Below are positions 34,983 to 43,907 of a stretch of 61,103 bases of DNA, one piece after another. Under the pieces are notes generated by a model, which was given only the letters and a program-made list of their open reading frames with translations, was not told the origin of the DNA and searched no databases. How positions within the stretch are numbered: position 1 is the first letter of the stretch; each line of letters starts with the position of its first letter. Made by a program: the position numbers and the translations under genes. Location of the stretch: positions 1 to 61,103 of IMG/VR virus record IMGVR_UViG_3300030090_003848. One strand, given 5' to 3'. The DNA comes from a virus. Lineage: Duplodnaviria; Caudoviricetes.

Positions 34983-36755
34983 ATGAAAATCTACGCGCTC
35001 GATTACGAGACCTACTACGACAAACGGTGCAGCATCAAGACGCTCGGCCCGTTGGGATACTTTTCGCACCCTGACTTTGATGCCTACATGCTGACCGTAA
35101 AAGGAACCGATGGAACTGAGTTCGTCGGGCACCCCAAGGATTTTAACTGGAATTTACTTAATGGTAATACGGCACTGAGCCACAACGCAGCTTTTGATGA
35201 AACCTTATATTTATATGGCACTACCAAAGCGTGGTGGCCAGAAGTCCAACCAGCCGAGTGGCATTGCACGGCGGACCTTGCGGCGTATTGCCGCCTTCCT
35301 CGGTCGCTTAAAGGAGCGTCTCATGCAGCTTTTGGACTAGAGATCGACAAGACTACCCGCGACAACATGAGCGGGAAGAGGTGGGAGTCGATGACGGAAG
35401 AGTTCCGCGAAGAGGTCAGTGCCTACGCGATTAAGGACGCCGAGCTTTGTTTACGGTTGTGGGAGGAGTTTGGTGACCGCTGGCCAGAAGAGGAACGGGT
35501 TATCAGCACCCTGAACCGGAGGATCTGTCAGGGAGGAATCCCTATTGACACAGATCTTTTGAGGAAACAACTGGAGACCATCAATGAGAAGTTGTTTGAA
35601 GCCGAGTCTAACATCCCGTGGTTGGGCAGTAAGCCACTCCTTAGCCGCGCTGCTTTTGACGAGGAATGTCAAAAAGTAGGGCTGGAGCCTCCAGCTAGTC
35701 TGGCGAAGACAGATCCTGAGAGCAGGAAATGGATTGAATACAACAGCAAAAAACACGATTGGATTGAAGCTACCCAGAACTGGCGGAGAATAAACGCACT
35801 AAAGAAAAAGGTCGAAAGTTTCGATGTGGCGACCATGCCCGACGGAAGATACTACGGAGGCTTTATGTATTTTGGGGCGCACACGGGGCGGTTCAGTGGG
35901 AGCGGCGGTAATCTTAATCTTCAGAATTTGCCACGGGACGAGATGTTTGGGATTAACCTCCGCAACCTCATAGCAACAAAAGAAAATAAGAGGTTAGTCG
36001 TGGCAGACTTGAGTCAGATAGAAGTGCGGACACTTTGCTGGCTCGCGGGGGACAAGGACATGATGAAGGAGATTGAGGAGTCGGATGATATCTACGAAGC
36101 GTTCGCGATTCGATTCGGGGCATGGAGCAAAGAAAAAGGGTCACTAAAACAAGACCCCAAGCTACGCCATAAAGTCAAAGCTATGGTTCTTGGTTGTGGC
36201 TACGGAGCAGGTAAGAAGAGATTTGCGGAAATGTCTGGCATGGAACAACGCGAAGCTAACGCAGCCGTGGATATGTATCGCGACTCAATGCAAAGCGTTA
36301 CGAGGTTATGGAGAGATTACAATGAGGACATCGTAGGGGCCTACAACTTATCTGATAAAATACCCACGGCGTTTACAGTGGACTTACCAAGCGGGCGGAC
36401 CCTCGACTATGGATTGATAACTGCGACTAAAGTTTCAAAAGGCAGACTTGAATACACATCGTTTTTTCCTAAAGGGGTTAAAATGGTGCCCGTTAAATTG
36501 TGGGGTGGGTTTATTGCCGAGAATGCTTCACAAGCTCTGGCCAGAGATATTTTTTCGGACATGCTTGTCAGGATTAGCGCGGCGGGCCATAACGTCATTA
36601 TGCATGTCCATGACGAAATTGTTGTTGAAGCAGATGCCGATACGGCAGACGAGGATCTTAAAGACATAATTAAAATAATGTCTACCCCACCGGAATGGAT
36701 ACCCGATATCCCCCTTGACGCCGAGGGGTCAATTCTAACGCGATACACAAAGTGA
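34983..36755 (+). CDS. polA: Family A DNA polymerase with 3'-5' exonuclease domain
   Basis: LDYET, HNAAFD, TGRFSG..NLQNLP, ADLSQIEVR, K...LG.GYG, HVHDE. Confidence 0.95.
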   Translation: MKIYALDYETYYDKRCSIKTLGPLGYFSHPDFDAYMLTVKGTDGTEFVGHPKDFNWNLLNGNTALSHNAAFDETLYLYGTTKAWWPEVQPAEWHCTADLAAYCRLPRSLKGASHAAFGLEIDKTTRDNMSGKRWESMTEEFREEVSAYAIKDAELCLRLWEEFGDRWPEEERVISTLNRRICQGGIPIDTDLLRKQLETINEKLFEAESNIPWLGSKPLLSRAAFDEECQKVGLEPPASLAKTDPESRKWIEYNSKKHDWIEATQNWRRINALKKKVESFDVATMPDGRYYGGFMYFGAHTGRFSGSGGNLNLQNLPRDEMFGINLRNLIATKENKRLVVADLSQIEVRTLCWLAGDKDMMKEIEESDDIYEAFAIRFGAWSKEKGSLKQDPKLRHKVKAMVLGCGYGAGKKRFAEMSGMEQREANAAVDMYRDSMQSVTRLWRDYNEDIVGAYNLSDKIPTAFTVDLPSGRTLDYGLITATKVSKGRLEYTSFFPKGVKMVPVKLWGGFIAENASQALARDIFSDMLVRISAAGHNVIMHVHDEIVVEADADTADEDLKDIIKIMSTPPEWIPDIPLDAEGSILTRYTK

Positions 36756-38911
36756 CCTACCGATATATTGAAAATCTACGAAGCTCTACGGCAAGGAAGT
36801 CAGCCGACTTGTCGAAGTTAACCCCGTCTATCCCTAAGTTTTCTACGAAAGCAGAGTATCGTGCATGGTGTGCTGACGCCAAAACTAAACACGTATTTTA
36901 CTCAACAGTAGAAGGACGCGCCCCATCGAAACGGGTGTCTACTGATAACCCACTCAACAAGGTTTATGGTATTGTTGCTGACTACGACGCTCCCGTTAAC
37001 TGGAGTTTAGTAGACGGAAAGATTCAAACTATATGCGCTAACAGTCTCCCAACATGGCAAACTAAAACACACAGCGGGTATATCCGACTGGTCTGGGAGT
37101 TTGAGCAAGGGGTTCCGATTTCTCCCGATATGTTTTCGGCGTTTGCCAAGGAGATGAAGAAGATACTGAAGCTAAACAAAATTTTTGCAGGCTTCGACGA
37201 GACTTCTTTAAACCCATCACAATACTTTGAGTTAGGGTCCAACTGGAAAAAAATGGGACCGCCCCTCCCGAAAGCTACTTTCCACACGGCATTACTTAAA
37301 GCGGCGGAATCCAACCCACCCCAGTCGGGGGATACTGCAATCCCTATTGATGTAGTGGGGGAGAAAGTTAAATCGGACTATGGCCATAGGTGGGCAGGCG
37401 CATTTGAAATAGGCAGCAGGGGGCCTTTGTTTTGGATTGATGACGGAATTGACAGAGAAGGCTGTCAGGTAGCTGAGGACGGGATAATCTGTTATTCAGA
37501 TAGAGCTGGTAGAGGGTTTATGTCTTGGAGAGACATTTTCGGGCCGTCTTTTGTCGAAGACTACGAACAAAAGAAACTGGGTTGTCTGTTAGATGAATAT
37601 TGGTTTAACGGGAAAAGGTTCTTTAAGTTGCTGAACGAAATCGCGGTTGAAATACCAAGGGACCAACTGGTGCTTGAACTCAGACAAATGGGGTTCTGTC
37701 CGAAACAGAAAAAGGGTAAGCCTTTATCAGAAGTAGAGGCTGCAATACTCGTTATCAGCAACCAAAACAGGATCACGGAAATCGCTCCGGTAGTCTTCTC
37801 AAAGGATCGAGTGGTCGAAGAAAGTGGCAACCGCATTCTTAACACGGCAACTGTGGAGCCAGTGGAGCCTGCGGATGACGGTGACCCAAAGAACTGGCCG
37901 TTCCTACACGCATGGCTCTCCCAGCTATTTGAAAACTCCACATCCCGCCCCACCGTGGAATACTTCTTCGCATGGATGAAGAGATTCTACGAAGCAGTCT
38001 TTGAGCGGGAGACACGGCAGGGGCAAGCGTTGATTCTTGTCGGGCCAACTAACAAAGGAAAGAGTCTGCTATCTAACAGAGTTATCTCGGGACTAGTCGG
38101 TGGGTTCTCCGATGCTTCCGATTACTTATCGGGCCACACCAAGTTCAACAAAGATTTGGGGCGCGTGGCGGCATGGGTTATTGATGACACGACAAGTGCG
38201 AGTTCCTTTCAGGATCAGAGAAAAGCAACCGAGCTAATCAAGCGAGCCGTTGCTAACCCGAGGATTGAATACATGGCTAAATACGCAGACGCCATCTCGA
38301 TCCCGTGGGCAGGGCGCGTAATCATGTCCTTGAATATGGATGCTAACAGTCTTTCTGTGATCCCTGCTCTCGACAGTAGTAACCGCGACAAACTAATGGC
38401 TTTAAAAGTAAGTGACTTGGCTACAAGTAACTTTCCCCCCAATAAAATGCTGGAGGCGACGATTAAGTCGGAACTACCCTACTTCGCCAAATGGCTTCTG
38501 GACTGGACCGTTCCACAAGAGATCGAGTCATATGGCCGATTCGGAGTGGTCAGCTTTATAGACATCTCGGTGGCGTCTGCGGCTTACGACAATTCATCCC
38601 GCTCGGCAGTTGCAGAGCTGGTAGAATTTTTTGCCAAGAAGTGCAGGGGGATGAACGATGCAATGAAGAGCTGGGAAGGAACCTTAACTGAGTTCCAAGT
38701 GACTCTCCACGACTTCAACAACGGGCGTAATGTGGGTATGTCAAATAACCTTGAGTTTGTTCGTCGCGGAATGTCTGCTCTTGAAGAAGCGGGTAAGGCA
38801 AATACCAACGTCCGTCCGGTCAAATCGGTGGGACACGGGGGCGGCAAAGTGTGGACTATAAGCGTGGAGGAGAAATACGACATCACGCCCGCCACAGTTG
38901 TTACTTCATAA
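36752..38911 (+). CDS. Primase-helicase (AEP/PrimPol-like N-terminus, SF3-like NTPase C-terminus)
   Basis: IVADYD, TKTHSGY; GPTNKGKS, VIDD; GTGA overlap with polA. Confidence 0.82.
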   Translation: MTYRYIENLRSSTARKSADLSKLTPSIPKFSTKAEYRAWCADAKTKHVFYSTVEGRAPSKRVSTDNPLNKVYGIVADYDAPVNWSLVDGKIQTICANSLPTWQTKTHSGYIRLVWEFEQGVPISPDMFSAFAKEMKKILKLNKIFAGFDETSLNPSQYFELGSNWKKMGPPLPKATFHTALLKAAESNPPQSGDTAIPIDVVGEKVKSDYGHRWAGAFEIGSRGPLFWIDDGIDREGCQVAEDGIICYSDRAGRGFMSWRDIFGPSFVEDYEQKKLGCLLDEYWFNGKRFFKLLNEIAVEIPRDQLVLELRQMGFCPKQKKGKPLSEVEAAILVISNQNRITEIAPVVFSKDRVVEESGNRILNTATVEPVEPADDGDPKNWPFLHAWLSQLFENSTSRPTVEYFFAWMKRFYEAVFERETRQGQALILVGPTNKGKSLLSNRVISGLVGGFSDASDYLSGHTKFNKDLGRVAAWVIDDTTSASSFQDQRKATELIKRAVANPRIEYMAKYADAISIPWAGRVIMSLNMDANSLSVIPALDSSNRDKLMALKVSDLATSNFPPNKMLEATIKSELPYFAKWLLDWTVPQEIESYGRFGVVSFIDISVASAAYDNSSRSAVAELVEFFAKKCRGMNDAMKSWEGTLTEFQVTLHDFNNGRNVGMSNNLEFVRRGMSALEEAGKANTNVRPVKSVGHGGGKVWTISVEEKYDITPATVVTS

Positions 38912-39442
38912 CGAGGAGGGGGACCGCAAGCTAGAGATAGGGATGTGATACCCCGACACTTTGTAAGCAAAGCCGTAGTCATCTTCTTCTCCCTTGCGCT
39001 TGAACTCGCCTTGCTCCAGCAGGCGGTTCTTGGTTATCCACCCCAACATCCAAGCGCGGGTTAGGTCTTTACGGACACGCACAAAAAAGTAATGGCTTGC
39101 TTTCAGCGGTTTGCCTTCCCCGCAAACAACAGACGCAGTGTAATGGGGCCTCGGTTTGTCATGGCATGTCTTCGACTTTACGTCGATTTTTCTATTTCCC
39201 AATAAATAATCGTGGGTCAGGCTGTAGTTGCCGACGTATTTGGCATCAGGAAAAAGAAGTTCAAAACCAATTTCACCAAGGAACCCAGTCATCCGGCCCG
39301 CGCCACGGGTGAACGAATTGGGGAGCACACCAAGATTCTGGCTCCTCTCGAAAGCCTGTTTTACATTTTCGGAGTTCGGGGTGAACTTTATGAGCTTGCC
39401 GCGTTTGTCTTTTGAAAACTGACGCGGCAGTTTTTTCTTCAT
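38906..39442 (-). CDS. PD-(D/E)XK nuclease-like protein
   Basis: GFLGE..HDY..IDVKSK..YFFVRV..LGW pattern. Confidence 0.65.
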   Translation of the reverse strand: MKKKLPRQFSKDKRGKLIKFTPNSENVKQAFERSQNLGVLPNSFTRGAGRMTGFLGEIGFELLFPDAKYVGNYSLTHDYLLGNRKIDVKSKTCHDKPRPHYTASVVCGEGKPLKASHYFFVRVRKDLTRAWMLGWITKNRLLEQGEFKRKGEEDDYGFAYKVSGYHIPISSLRSPSSL

Positions 39443-39735
39443 CACCAAAGATGCTTACACGCCCAATACCTAGCTGTAGTTTTATCTTTGGCGGTTTTGC
39501 AATTATGACGAGCGCGGAAATTAGCGCGTCTCTTGGGGTTCTTGTGCTTGCGGAAATCAGAATAGTCGCGATGCCCGTATGATACCTTTTTAACTTTGTC
39601 GCCTTGCTTGCCGAGGACCACAAACTTTTTCTTGCTTCCTTTAGGAGCGCGTTTCGGTTTGTTGAAACCAGCAAAGGTTTCGCCGTGATATTGTATTCTA
39701 CCCGAAGGCAGGCGTTTGAATCGCTTAGTAGCCAC
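39442..39735 (-). CDS. Highly basic conserved viral protein (RRANFRARH..ARYWAC..W)
   Basis: Motif widespread in aquatic phages; K/R-rich. Confidence 0.8.
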   Translation of the reverse strand: MATKRFKRLPSGRIQYHGETFAGFNKPKRAPKGSKKKFVVLGKQGDKVKKVSYGHRDYSDFRKHKNPKRRANFRARHNCKTAKDKTTARYWACKHLW

Positions 39736-39934
39736 TTCCCATCCGCCTTTCTACTGCCTCCGTAAAAGACTCGTCTCTCTTGGCGGTTTTCTTTTTAGCT
39801 GCTTTTTTCTTCGGGGCCGAATGCCCATAACCTTTTTTCTTGAGCGCGAGATGTTGCTCGTAGGTTTTAGCGGCTACAGCTTTACCCGTCTTCGGGTGAT
39901 ACATGTTGTGTGGTCTGAAATCTTTTTTCTTCAT
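39725..39934 (-). CDS. Small basic protein with H1-like APKKKAAKKKTAK tail
   Basis: Tiling ORF; composition. Confidence 0.7.
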   Translation of the reverse strand: MKKKDFRPHNMYHPKTGKAVAAKTYEQHLALKKKGYGHSAPKKKAAKKKTAKRDESFTEAVERRMGSGY

Positions 39935-39939
39935 GTTGA

Positions 39940-40185
39940 TTATCGTTTTGAGGCTCTCAAAAAAGCTCGTCGTTCTGCATCTGTGTATTTGGCTCGCTGT
40001 TTTCCCTTTGCCGTAGCCGCACGTTTTTTGCGGTTACCCGCTGCTTTTTGCGCGGAAGACAACATTTTCCTAGCCGCTCGGGGCAAGTAACGCTCCCCCG
40101 TTTCGGAAGACTTCTTACCAGAGCTGGTTCCCCAGTCTTCTTTTGTCCACTTCTTCAAGGACTTCTGCGACTTCTTCAAGGCCAT
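39940..40185 (-). CDS. Basic protein, DUF5872-like C-terminal half
   Basis: SQKSLKKWTKEDW..RYLP motif. Confidence 0.75.
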   Translation of the reverse strand: MALKKSQKSLKKWTKEDWGTSSGKKSSETGERYLPRAARKMLSSAQKAAGNRKKRAATAKGKQRAKYTDAERRAFLRASKR

Positions 40186-40364
40186 TAGCGGTATCCTCCT
40201 CCCTTAGCTTTGTATTCACGGGCTAGCATTTGGGCTTTGCGGGCAGACCACTGACCGCTGCGGCCTCCTTTTGATCCGGCTTTAATCCGTTCAAAAAGAC
40301 TTTTACGCATCGTAGGCTTTGTGTAGTTGCCTGCTTCGTTAACTCTGGATTTCTTTTTTGGCAT
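40185..40364 (-). CDS. Basic protein, DUF5872-like N-terminal half
   Basis: YTKP..GSKGG..GQWSARKAQ.LA.EY..GGGY; start moved to MPKKK. Confidence 0.8.
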   Translation of the reverse strand: MPKKKSRVNEAGNYTKPTMRKSLFERIKAGSKGGRSGQWSARKAQMLAREYKAKGGGYR

Positions 40365-40659
40365 TAGCTTGGAATCTTTTCGTAAACCGCTCCCACGCTG
40401 GGAAAAATATTTCGTCAATACAACGAACAAGGGCCTCCTCTTCGTATGTTTCGCAGTAAGCGAGACCGGAAATGCCTAACGCCGCGTGAACCATCTCATG
40501 GCGAATCGTCTCGATTAGGTCTTTCCCCTTCAAACTCTTGTCGATCTCGATGAGCTTCCGCCTATGGGAATACATCCCATAGCAGTCGTCGTCTCCTAGA
40601 TCTCTGAAGCGGATTCGGACCCGAACCCCACCCATTGTTATGCTCTTGGGGACGCTCAT
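40339..40659 (-). CDS. Small zincin-like metallopeptidase
   Basis: ETIRHEMVHA plus downstream EEE. Confidence 0.75.
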   Translation of the reverse strand: MSVPKSITMGGVRVRIRFRDLGDDDCYGMYSHRRKLIEIDKSLKGKDLIETIRHEMVHAALGISGLAYCETYEEEALVRCIDEIFFPAWERFTKRFQANAKKEIQS

Positions 40660-41207
40660 CCTTCGGCAAACTTTTCAATCGCACGGGCGTAGACCCCAAC
40701 TAAGGCCCCGCGATTGTGGTTAATATTGTCCCACTCTTCCTCGTTACTCCCAAAAAACGGTTCAGCAATAACAGCTACAGGGCGCACCTTTCGCAGAAAG
40801 TAAGAGCCGCGTTGATTACGTGTCCTTGGCTTCGCCCCCCTAACTTTCATGTCAGGAAAGGACGCGGACATTTCATCGCTCAATATACTGGCAAACTTCT
40901 TGCCGCCCCCGCTTGTGTGCCAATACAACCATTCATGCCCAGAGGCTGATGGACCGGCGGAATTAAAATGAAGCTCAACCACCGCATCGATGTCGTCTTC
41001 GACCAACTTACGGGCTAGATAGTTAATCCCACCTACGTAGCTCTTGGCGGGGTATTGGTCGTAGATTTTGTAATCAACAGACAACACGCTGGAAATACGC
41101 CGGACGATGTCGCGGTTGAAATCCCACTCCGAAAGGATGTAGCTCCCCGTTGTGTAGGCTCCCTGATCTCCTAAACGGGAATGTCCGACTGCCAAGCCTA
41201 CTTTCAT
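40656..41207 (-). CDS. N-acetylmuramoyl-L-alanine amidase (Amidase_3) endolysin
   Basis: GH..E..ELHFN..EPFF zinc-amidase motifs. Confidence 0.92.
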   Translation of the reverse strand: MKVGLAVGHSRLGDQGAYTTGSYILSEWDFNRDIVRRISSVLSVDYKIYDQYPAKSYVGGINYLARKLVEDDIDAVVELHFNSAGPSASGHEWLYWHTSGGGKKFASILSDEMSASFPDMKVRGAKPRTRNQRGSYFLRKVRPVAVIAEPFFGSNEEEWDNINHNRGALVGVYARAIEKFAEG

Positions 41208-41368
41208 TTTCTAACGATCCGGTAGAGTGAAGCCAGCCCCACAGCGATGCCCACGATGAGCGACCCCACTCGTAGCCAGTATTCAAACTGCTCCTGCATG
41301 CTTGTGATCAGCCCGATGACGGGTGCCGCCATCCCGATAAGGGAATCGAATATTCGGGTGTTGATCAT
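41204..41368 (-). CDS. Holin-like membrane protein, 54 aa, absent from ORF track
   Basis: MINTRIFDSLIGMAAPVIGLITS...VGSLIVGIAVGLASLYRIVRK; coupled to both neighbours. Confidence 0.65.
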   Translation of the reverse strand: MINTRIFDSLIGMAAPVIGLITSMQEQFEYWLRVGSLIVGIAVGLASLYRIVRK

Positions 41369-41610
41369 TACTTCTCCCCAATAATCACAGCACGGCGATA
41401 TGAGTAGTCGCTGTGGAATTTATGGTCTTTACGCCCAACAAGAACGCCTTCCTTGAACTGGTAAGACTGCCCCTCAATCAGAGTTACTGTCGGAGGGTCG
41501 TAGAGTGCGCTCGCGTTCGCGCTTGAGGCGTTTGGCAACTCGTTCCATCCGCAGCTTGCTAGCGGGATCGCCATCAGCGGCCAGTGCATCAAGACGATCT
41601 TCCAAACCAT
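41368..41610 (-). CDS. Lipoprotein, o-spanin (Rz1)-like
   Basis: Signal peptide with LASC lipobox; starts inside the upstream gene in another frame; lysis context. Confidence 0.55.
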   Translation of the reverse strand: MVWKIVLMHWPLMAIPLASCGWNELPNASSANASALYDPPTVTLIEGQSYQFKEGVLVGRKDHKFHSDYSYRRAVIIGEK

Positions 41611-41692
41611 CGATATACCTGTCTCGTTGCCACTTGATGTGCTCGACATATGCGTGGAGGGCTGCGGTTAATAGTTGAAAGAATGTCTTCAC
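41474..41692 (-). CDS. i-spanin (Rz)-like protein
   Basis: Short hydrophobic N-terminus, charged helix, overlaps the lipoprotein gene. Confidence 0.45.
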   Translation of the reverse strand: MKTFFQLLTAALHAYVEHIKWQRDRYIDGLEDRLDALAADGDPASKLRMERVAKRLKRERERTLRPSDSNSD

Positions 41693-41868
41693 TTACTCTT
41701 GGCCTTGCCCACATTAAGGGCCAGCCACGAAATAACTCCTGAGATGCGCTGCACCCACTTATTATCCGATTCGTTCGGTGTCATGGTTGCGATAAGGGAT
41801 GCCACCGCGATAACGCTGGCTGCGATTTGCAGAAGCTGTTCTGCGTTTTCTGTGATGTATTGGATCAT
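41689..41868 (-). CDS. Holin-like protein, 59 aa
   Basis: IAASVIAVASLIATMTP..D pattern; start moved to MIQYIT. Confidence 0.6.
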   Translation of the reverse strand: MIQYITENAEQLLQIAASVIAVASLIATMTPNESDNKWVQRISGVISWLALNVGKAKSK

Positions 41869-41876
41869 GGTGGGGG

Positions 41877-42908
41877 TTACATTATGTTGATTGTGCTCCC
41901 GCCTGCTCCGGCGGGAGAGAAATTTACAGCGGGCTTGGCCGCTCCACGGTGTGCGTCCAGTTGCTCGTCGAGCAAAGCACGGCACACAGCCCAGTGGTAA
42001 TTTGCCCGCTCAACGTCGGCGTTATCTTCAGCAATATTGCCTAGCATTGCGTGCTTGATCGCGTTGAGACTTGAGACATAGACAACGTCCGTGCTGCTGA
42101 GAAGTTTTTGGAACTTCCGCTTTAAAAGAAGGCGAAGAGTAACAGTCTTGTCATCTCTGTTATCAATCCGGTAGCGTCGGTAGCGGGTTATTTGGTTGGC
42201 TTGCTGAAGATTATTAGCAGCCACTAAAGATGTAGAAGATCCAGTCTCTTCCCAAGTCAGTCGAACGGGAGCTGATAAATCAGACGTTCCAACTCTAATC
42301 TCACTTATACTTACAACGGTCGTCTTTGCCGAAGATATACTCGCTTGCCCTCCGCAAACAAACTTGCCGCCATTGTTTGTCACATGGTCATAGAGGTCGC
42401 CTACATCAGAGGTTACACTCCCGTCTGAAAAAGTAATGAATATATCCCCAGAGTCGGGAAGTGTAGACTCAGGGCTTATTGGAGATAAGGTAAGCTGGTA
42501 TGTTTTACCCGCCACAGGCTCTTCGACAGTAGCCGAATAACCGTCATCTACAATACCCAGCGCGGCCAATGTGTGCTCGCCAGCAGTGTCATCCCGCCCA
42601 AACAAACGATAGTCGTGGAACTGGCTGCGGATAGTCCTCGGAAAAGAATAATCGGTGCTGCTCCCGTCACCATCGGCAATAGCCGAAATAATTGATTCGG
42701 CATTGTCGGGGATAGTAAATGTGCTGGAAGTAGTGGTGACTACATCCTCGAAAACGAGGTCGCGCCACATACCCATATTATAAAGTCTGGGCAGAGCTAA
42801 ATTCAATTCTCTTCGGAACTGCGGAGCGCCTTCAGTGCCTTGTGCTGCGGGTGACCCGCACACAGATTGGAGGGCATCGGTTACCCCTTGGGCAGTCAAT
42901 GTGGCCAT
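41877..42908 (-). CDS. Probable head-tail adaptor / tail tubular protein
   Basis: Helical ends (LN.A..RL...G.W; AIKHAM) flanking a beta-rich insert; synteny. Confidence 0.55.
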   Translation of the reverse strand: MATLTAQGVTDALQSVCGSPAAQGTEGAPQFRRELNLALPRLYNMGMWRDLVFEDVVTTTSSTFTIPDNAESIISAIADGDGSSTDYSFPRTIRSQFHDYRLFGRDDTAGEHTLAALGIVDDGYSATVEEPVAGKTYQLTLSPISPESTLPDSGDIFITFSDGSVTSDVGDLYDHVTNNGGKFVCGGQASISSAKTTVVSISEIRVGTSDLSAPVRLTWEETGSSTSLVAANNLQQANQITRYRRYRIDNRDDKTVTLRLLLKRKFQKLLSSTDVVYVSSLNAIKHAMLGNIAEDNADVERANYHWAVCRALLDEQLDAHRGAAKPAVNFSPAGAGGSTINIM

Positions 42909-42913
42909 AATCC

Positions 42914-42942
42914 ACAGTAACAATATTCGTGTTAAGGGTCAA
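42914..42942 (-). promoter_or_regulatory. Sigma70-like promoter TTGACC-N17-TACTGT, leaderless
   Basis: ATG 42908 lies 5 nt after the -10 box; spacer begins CTTAAC. Confidence 0.55.
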
Positions 42943-42988
42943 GATTCGGGGTGGGTGGGCGGCACGTTAAGTAGAAAAAATATTAACA

Positions 42989-43906
42989 CTATACCTTTTC
43001 CCGATCCAATACAGTGGGTTGCCAAACTACGTCGCTAGACACGTATTGTCTAACAGGATCACCCTTTATGACGGTCCCTAGTTTTACGTTATAGACTCCG
43101 GCTTCCTCCCCCTCTGGCTGTCCCGTAGCTGTGTGCGGTTCATTTTCGTTTCTGCGGTTGGTCGTTGAATTGCCCATGCCTAGAGCAATAACGGGGTCTC
43201 CATCAGGTTCTCCAACTTGGACCCAGCATTTTGTTACCTCGTTGCCCACATTTTCAAGATCAACTTTCCAACACAAGTAAACGTCCCCATACTCTTCAAG
43301 TTCGTGGTATTTAACATCGTTAATGTTAGCGACCATTAAATCCCCATCTTCTCTGGGATAATTAGGAACTTTTTGAGTAATATTACCGAGGCTTTCTTGG
43401 GAGGCCCCGCTGCAATAAGTAATCTGACCAGATACGGTGTGGCTAAGAACCGCTGGAGGAGCTGTTGATGAACCACCAACGTCTTTGACTCCTGAGTGAG
43501 TCAATGTTTCGGACCCCGCAGAATCAGTCCCTACAGAACCATCCATAGATCCAGTATAATCCCCACTCCCCGAACCAGATCCAGATCCAGATCCACAATC
43601 GCCACAAAGGTGTCTATGGTCCTCTACATTGTGGGTGTGACTACTTGTTGTGTGCGGAGCGTGTGAGTGGTCGTCGTGGTCCGCTACTGAAATGGCGCTC
43701 GTTTCAAATTTTAATTTGAACGAATTGACAGAGTAGTGAAGCTCCCCGTAGGCGACCTTGGCTCCTCTTTTCCCATGTATTAAAGCAAACGCATGGGGGC
43801 GATGGAGAACTTCAGGGCTTTCAGGAAGAACGGTGTCTGCCCCAAAACTGCCCGTAACAGACCCGTCGGGGTAAACGACGGCAGGTAGTTTTTCTAGTTC
43901 AGACAT
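42989..43906 (-). CDS. Tail-associated protein with His-x-His and (GS)n segment
   Basis: DHDDHSHAPH..HTH..HRHLCGDCGSGSGSGSGSG. Confidence 0.6.
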   Translation of the reverse strand: MSELEKLPAVVYPDGSVTGSFGADTVLPESPEVLHRPHAFALIHGKRGAKVAYGELHYSVNSFKLKFETSAISVADHDDHSHAPHTTSSHTHNVEDHRHLCGDCGSGSGSGSGSGDYTGSMDGSVGTDSAGSETLTHSGVKDVGGSSTAPPAVLSHTVSGQITYCSGASQESLGNITQKVPNYPREDGDLMVANINDVKYHELEEYGDVYLCWKVDLENVGNEVTKCWVQVGEPDGDPVIALGMGNSTTNRRNENEPHTATGQPEGEEAGVYNVKLGTVIKGDPVRQYVSSDVVWQPTVLDREKV

Positions 43907-43907
43907 T

